Part shown: piece by piece, positions 59,437 to 64,000 of the stretch
How positions within the stretch are numbered: the first letter of the stretch is position 1
Layout of the letters: each line of letters opens with the position of its first letter
From: Centroscyllium fabricii
Taxonomy: Eukaryota
NCBI GenBank assembly: GCA_051313645.2
Contig: JBNRSN020000004.1
Coordinates: 95,046,001 to 95,110,000, forward strand
Direction of reading: 5' to 3'
Length of the DNA stretch: 64,000 nt
Notes under the pieces: generated by a model
The model's database searches: none
Seen by the model: the letters and a program-made list of their open reading frames with translations, nothing else
What the model was told of the DNA's origin: nothing
Translations under genes and position numbers: made by a program

Positions 59437-60268
59437 GGGGGGAGAAATTTGGTATCGGCCCGTTTGGGGCACAATTATCAGCCGGGCGCAAAGTTTAGCG
59501 CCTGCCGCTAATTATCACCTTCGACTGCAAACTTGGCCTCTATCGCCCCTGGAGGTGATTGGAGCGCTAAATCAGGCGCTTCACACCTCTCAAAATGCTA
59601 CCTCAGAGCGCTGGCAAAGCTCATGTGATGTCAGTCAGCAATGGAACACAGACACACTGGCACTGGCCAGTTCTTTAAAGGGGATGGTCGATCTTGCTCT
59701 CCATCCACACCCTGCTCATTGCAGCCTTAAATCTCGGCCTGGAGAGACCCGTACATCAAATCTGTTGGAAAGAACAATGGAGACCCCCAGGGAAAGAGCT
59801 GAGAGTGCAGTCCCCACAGTCTCTTCTAAATCGATGCAAGGAAGGTCAAATCAAAATGAGCCTGCAAAGTGCTGCTCAGTACCGAAAACTCCTTCACACA
59901 GCGTTGACTCTCTCCAGAAGTGTCTCTCTCTTAGAATGTGTGGTGCAAAAATGTCGCTGACAAAAAAAGACAGGAAGCAGTCGCCTTTAAATAGCGCTCC
60001 CCCAGTCCCTACCCGATTGCAAAACACTCCCCTCAACCTGTCATTGCTAGCAGCAGGCAGTAAGGCAGGGGGCGCCACTCAATCTGGGGTGCTACCAGGG
60101 CGTTGCACGCGCGACTGACGTCACGATCTGCGGGCTCAGGAGATTGTGGTAGTAGTGTTTAGCGCCACTGAAAATGTCTGGTAAATTTTGCGAGCAGCGC
60201 ATATGTCGCCGCGCCCGGGGCCTCTTGTGGCGCTAACGGGAGGTGCAAAGCAACCAATCTTTTCCCCC
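59437..60268. mobile_element. Probable Harbinger-like non-autonomous element
   Basis: TIRs GGGGGAGAAATTTGGT / ACCAATCTTTTCCCCC flanked by TTT; many AGCGC motifs. Confidence 0.6.
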
Positions 60269-60410
60269 TTTGTTTCCAGTCCACCTGTGCTAAATCCCTT
60301 CTCAAATCATTGAAATTCATAGAATCATAGAATCATAGAAATTTTACAGTGCGGATAAGGGCCATTCGGCCCATCCAGTCCGCACCGGCCCAGAAAAACT
60401 CCTCACTGTA

Positions 60411-63286
60411 CTAACCCCAGTTGCCCGCACCTGGCCCATAACCCTGTATGTTATGGTCCTTCATGTGCTGGTCCAAGTATTTTTTAAATGTTGTGATGGT
60501 TCCTGCCTCCACCACCCTCACAGGCAGGGAGTTCCAGACTTCCACCACCCTCTGGGTAAAGAAATTTCTCCTTACCTCCCCCCTAAACCTCCCCCCCCTG
60601 ATCTTGAATCTATGTCCCCTAGTACTTGACTCTCCCACCAGGGGAAACAATGCCCCTTTGTCTACCCTATCGTGTCCCCTCATGATCTTGTACACCTCAA
60701 TCATGTCACCCCTCCACCTTCTCTTCTCCAAGGCAAACAACCCCAGCCTGTCCAGCCTTTCTTCATAGCATAAGTCCCCCAGACCAGGTATCATCCTGGT
60801 AAACCTTCTCTGCACCCTTTCCAGGGCAACCACATCCTTCCTGAAGTGCGGTGACCAGAACTGCACACAGTACTCCAGCTGAGGTCTCACCAGTGTGTTA
60901 TACAAGTTTAACATTACCTCCCTACTTTTGTATACTATGCCCTGGTTAATAAAGGCGAGAATTCCGTATGCCTTCTTAACCACCTTGTTAACGTGTCCAG
61001 CAACCTTCAGGGAGCTGTGCACCTGTACCCCAAGGTCCCTCTGTTCCTCGGTCCTACTTAACGTTTTGTTGTTCATGGTATATTCCCTTACCCCATTTGG
61101 TCTACCGAATTGAATGACCTCGCATTTCTCTGGGTTGAACTCCATTTGCCATTTTTCCGCCCAATTAACCATTATATCTATATCCTCCTGAAGCCCCTTA
61201 CTATCCTCATCGTTGTTTACCACCCTTCCGATTTTCGTATCATCAGCGAATTTGCTGATCATACCCCCTACTCCCATATCCAAATCGTTGATGTATACTA
61301 GAAACAGTAAGGGTCCCAAAACCGATCCTTGGGGGACGCCACTGGTTACTGGTTTCCAGTCACAGAAGCAGCCCTCTACCATTACCCTTTGTCTCCTATC
61401 CCCCAGCCAATTTTCGATCCACTGTGCCAAGTTACCCTGTATCCCGTGCGCTCTAACCTTTGTTATTAGTCTCCTATGTGGGACTTTATCAAAAGCTTTG
61501 CTAAAGTCCATATACACTACGTCCACAGTACTCCCTTCATCCACCCTCTTTGTTACCTCCTCAAAGAATTCCAACAGATTGGTCAGGCACGACTTACCTT
61601 TGACGAAGCCATGCTGACTGTCTCTTATTAGACCTTGTTTGTCCAAATGCGAACTGATTTTATCCCTCAGAATTTTTTCCATTACTTTCCCCACTACAGA
61701 TGTAAGACTGATTGGCCTGTAGTTACCCGGTTTGTCCCTACTACCCTTTTTAAACAGGGGTACTACATTAGCCGTTCTCCAGTCCTCAGGTACATCCCCT
61801 GACGCGAGAGAGGTCCTGAAGATTTGAGACAGGGGGCCCGCAAGCTCCTCCCTGGCCTCGAACAGCAGCCTGGGGAACATTGCGTCCGGCCCTGGTGATT
61901 TGTCCACCTTTAAGCCTCCCAAGATTTCTAGAACTTCTTCCCTTGTAATGGTAATATCCTCAATTACCCCCCCTACACTCTGTCCGATTTCGATGTCGGT
62001 ATCGTCCCTCTCTCTTGTGAATACTGAAGAGAAGAATTCATTTAGTACCTCCCCCACCTCCTCAGGCTCGACGCACAGCTTTCCGCTATCGTCTTTAATG
62101 GGCCCCACTCTTTCCCTCGTGATCCTTTTGTTTTTTATATAACTATAAAATGCCTTAGGGTTATCCTTGATTTTACCGGCCATTGTAATCTCATGACCTC
62201 TCTTGGCTTTTCTTATCTCCTTCTTTAAATCACCCCTATATTTCTTATACTCCCCTAGTGCCTCCTCAGTTTTTAGCCGTTTATATTCATTAAAAGCCCC
62301 CCTTTTTTTCTTCATTAATTTACATATATCCCTAGACATCCAAGGTTCCCTTTGTTTGTCTCCCCCACCCTTAATTTTTGCAGGAACATGTTCCTCCTGT
62401 ATCTTCCCGACTTCCCCTCTGAAGGCCTCCCACTGCTCTGATGCAGATCTTCCTCTGAGGAGATGGCCCCAATCTACTGCGGTTACATCGTTCCTAATTT
62501 TATTGAAATCCGCCTTCCCCCAGTTTAGTATTTTTACCCCTGGTCCATTTTTATCTTTCTCCATTACAATTTTGAAACTAACTGAATTGTGGTCGCTATC
62601 CCCGAAGTGCTCCCCCACTGTTACCTCCTCTATCTGCCCGTCCTCGTTCCCAAGTATTAGGTCGAGTACCGCCCCCCCCTTGTAGGTGACCCAACATATT
62701 GTTTCAAAAAATTATCTTGGCTGCATTGTAAGAATGCTGAACCATCCGTGCCCCTCACACTTTGATTCTCCCAGTTGATATTGGGGAAATTAAAGTCCCC
62801 TAGTATTGTTACTTTATTATTTTCACTTATCTTCGTGATTTGTTCACATATCTTATCCTCTACCTCCCCTTTACTGTTTGGTGGTCTATAATAAACTCCC
62901 AGTAAGGTGCCGCCCCCCTTTTTATTTTTTACCTCCACCCATAGTGCCTCGTTTGAGGAATCGTCCATTAGGTCGACCCGCCTAATGGCTGTGATTGACT
63001 CCTTAATCAGTATTGCTACCCCCCCTCCCCTTTTTCCCTCGTCTCTGTCTCGCCTGAAAATTCTATACCCCGGAATATTTAGCTGCCATTCTTGCCCCTC
63101 TTTCAGCCACGTCTCCGTGATAGCTACTATATCATATTCCCATGAGTCAACCAATACCTTTAACTCATCCACCTTGTTAGTCAGACTTCTTGCGTTAAAG
63201 TATATACCCTTCATTCTCTGTCCTAAAACTACCTTGTTTTGCTGTCTAGTCTGCTTTCCTTTATTTGGTTGTGTTCCCCTATCCAT
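60411..63286 (-). pseudogene. CR1 ORF2 (APE + RT) with a single frameshift in the homopolymer at 62672-62679
   Basis: The 209-aa and 735-aa ORFs join (PTRGG|AVLDLILGN) if one G is added. Confidence 0.9.
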
Positions 63287-63321
63287 TATACCTTCACTCT
63301 GGGTCCCCTCCCCCTGCCAAA

Positions 63322-64000
63322 TTAGTTTAAACCCACCCCAACCCGGCTAGCAAACCTTCCTGCAAGGATATTGGTCCCCTTCCGGTTCAGGTGCAATCCG
63401 TCGGGCATGTATAGGTTCCACTTTCCACAGAAGCGGGACCAATTATCCAAAAAGCTGAAACCCTCCCCCTTACACCAACTTCTTAGCCACGAGTTAAGCT
63501 GCTCTATCTTACGGTTCTTATAATCACTAGCCCGTGGCACTGGGAGTAATCCAGAGATTACAACCTTTGGGGTCCTGCTTGTTAGCTTGTTACCTAGCTC
63601 CCTAAATTCTTTTTGCAGGACCTCGACCCCCTTTTTTCCTATGTCGTTAGTGCCAATGTGGACCACAACTTCTACCTGGTCCCCTTCCCCCCTCAAGATG
63701 TCCTGCAGCCGATCCGTGACATCCCGGACCCTGGCACCAGGGAGGCAAGTAACCATCCTGGTGTCACGTCTGCGGCCGCAGAACCGCCAATCTGTGCCCC
63801 TTACAATTGAATCCCCTATTACTACTGCTGGCACACTAGTTTCCCTCCCATTCTGGGCAGCCCCAGCACCCCTAGTGCCAGGAAGTAGGCTGCTGCTGCC
63901 CTCCCCTGGTAGGTCGTCCCCCTCCACAGTATCCAAAGCGGTATACTTGTTTGCCAGGGGGACGACCACAGGGGTTCCCTGCACTTCCTTCCTCACTCTG
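63322..64000 (-). CDS. CR1 ORF1p, SGNH/GDSL esterase-like domain (partial)
   Basis: VIGDSIVRG, LPGARV, HIGTND and DGLHLN motifs. Confidence 0.9.
   Translation of the reverse strand, partial: RVRKEVQGTPVVVPLANKYTALDTVEGDDLPGEGSSSLLPGTRGAGAAQNGRETSVPAVVIGDSIVRGTDWRFCGRRRDTRMVTCLPGARVRDVTDRLQDILRGEGDQVEVVVHIGTNDIGKKGVEVLQKEFRELGNKLTSRTPKVVISGLLPVPRASDYKNRKIEQLNSWLRSWCKGEGFSFLDNWSRFCGKWNLYMPDGLHLNRKGTNILAGRFASRVGVGLN

Larger units (their letters stand above)
60317..64000 (-). mobile_element. Young, long CR1 LINE running past the window end
   Basis: (TTCTATGA)n tail, ORF2 and ORF1. Confidence 0.95.

Noticed and set aside
59294-60118. 274-aa ORF
   Set aside because: It starts in a SINE tail and crosses into a non-autonomous DNA element, with no recognisable domain.

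Overview
Vertebrate genomic DNA, very likely a cartilaginous fish (HE1/V-SINEs, shark-type CR1 LINEs, Penelope pseudo-LTRs). The only host gene is rsu1 (Ras suppressor protein 1, LRR protein), with two internal + strand exons at 19173-19293 and 35974-36092. The rest is probably intronic and densely packed with nested transposons: three Gypsy LTR retrotransposons, one young retrovirus-like provirus, several CR1/L2 LINEs, SINEs, Harbinger and Tigger/pogo-type DNA elements, and Penelope ends carrying minimal hammerhead ribozymes. Highlights: (1) a 9.85 kb provirus with near-identical 1.7 kb LTRs, a tRNA-Arg PBS overlapping the gag ATG, a UGA-CUA gag-pol junction, a retroviral tether + RNase H, an in-frame loss of the integrase core and no env; (2) a Tigger-type MITE that captured msl3 exon 1 plus a complete intron; (3) a Gypsy element with a candidate self-priming site in place of a tRNA PBS; (4) three unrelated LTR elements inserted within about 40 bp of the same homologous CR1 position. 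All calls come from reading the sequence by eye and from recalled family motifs; no searches were run.
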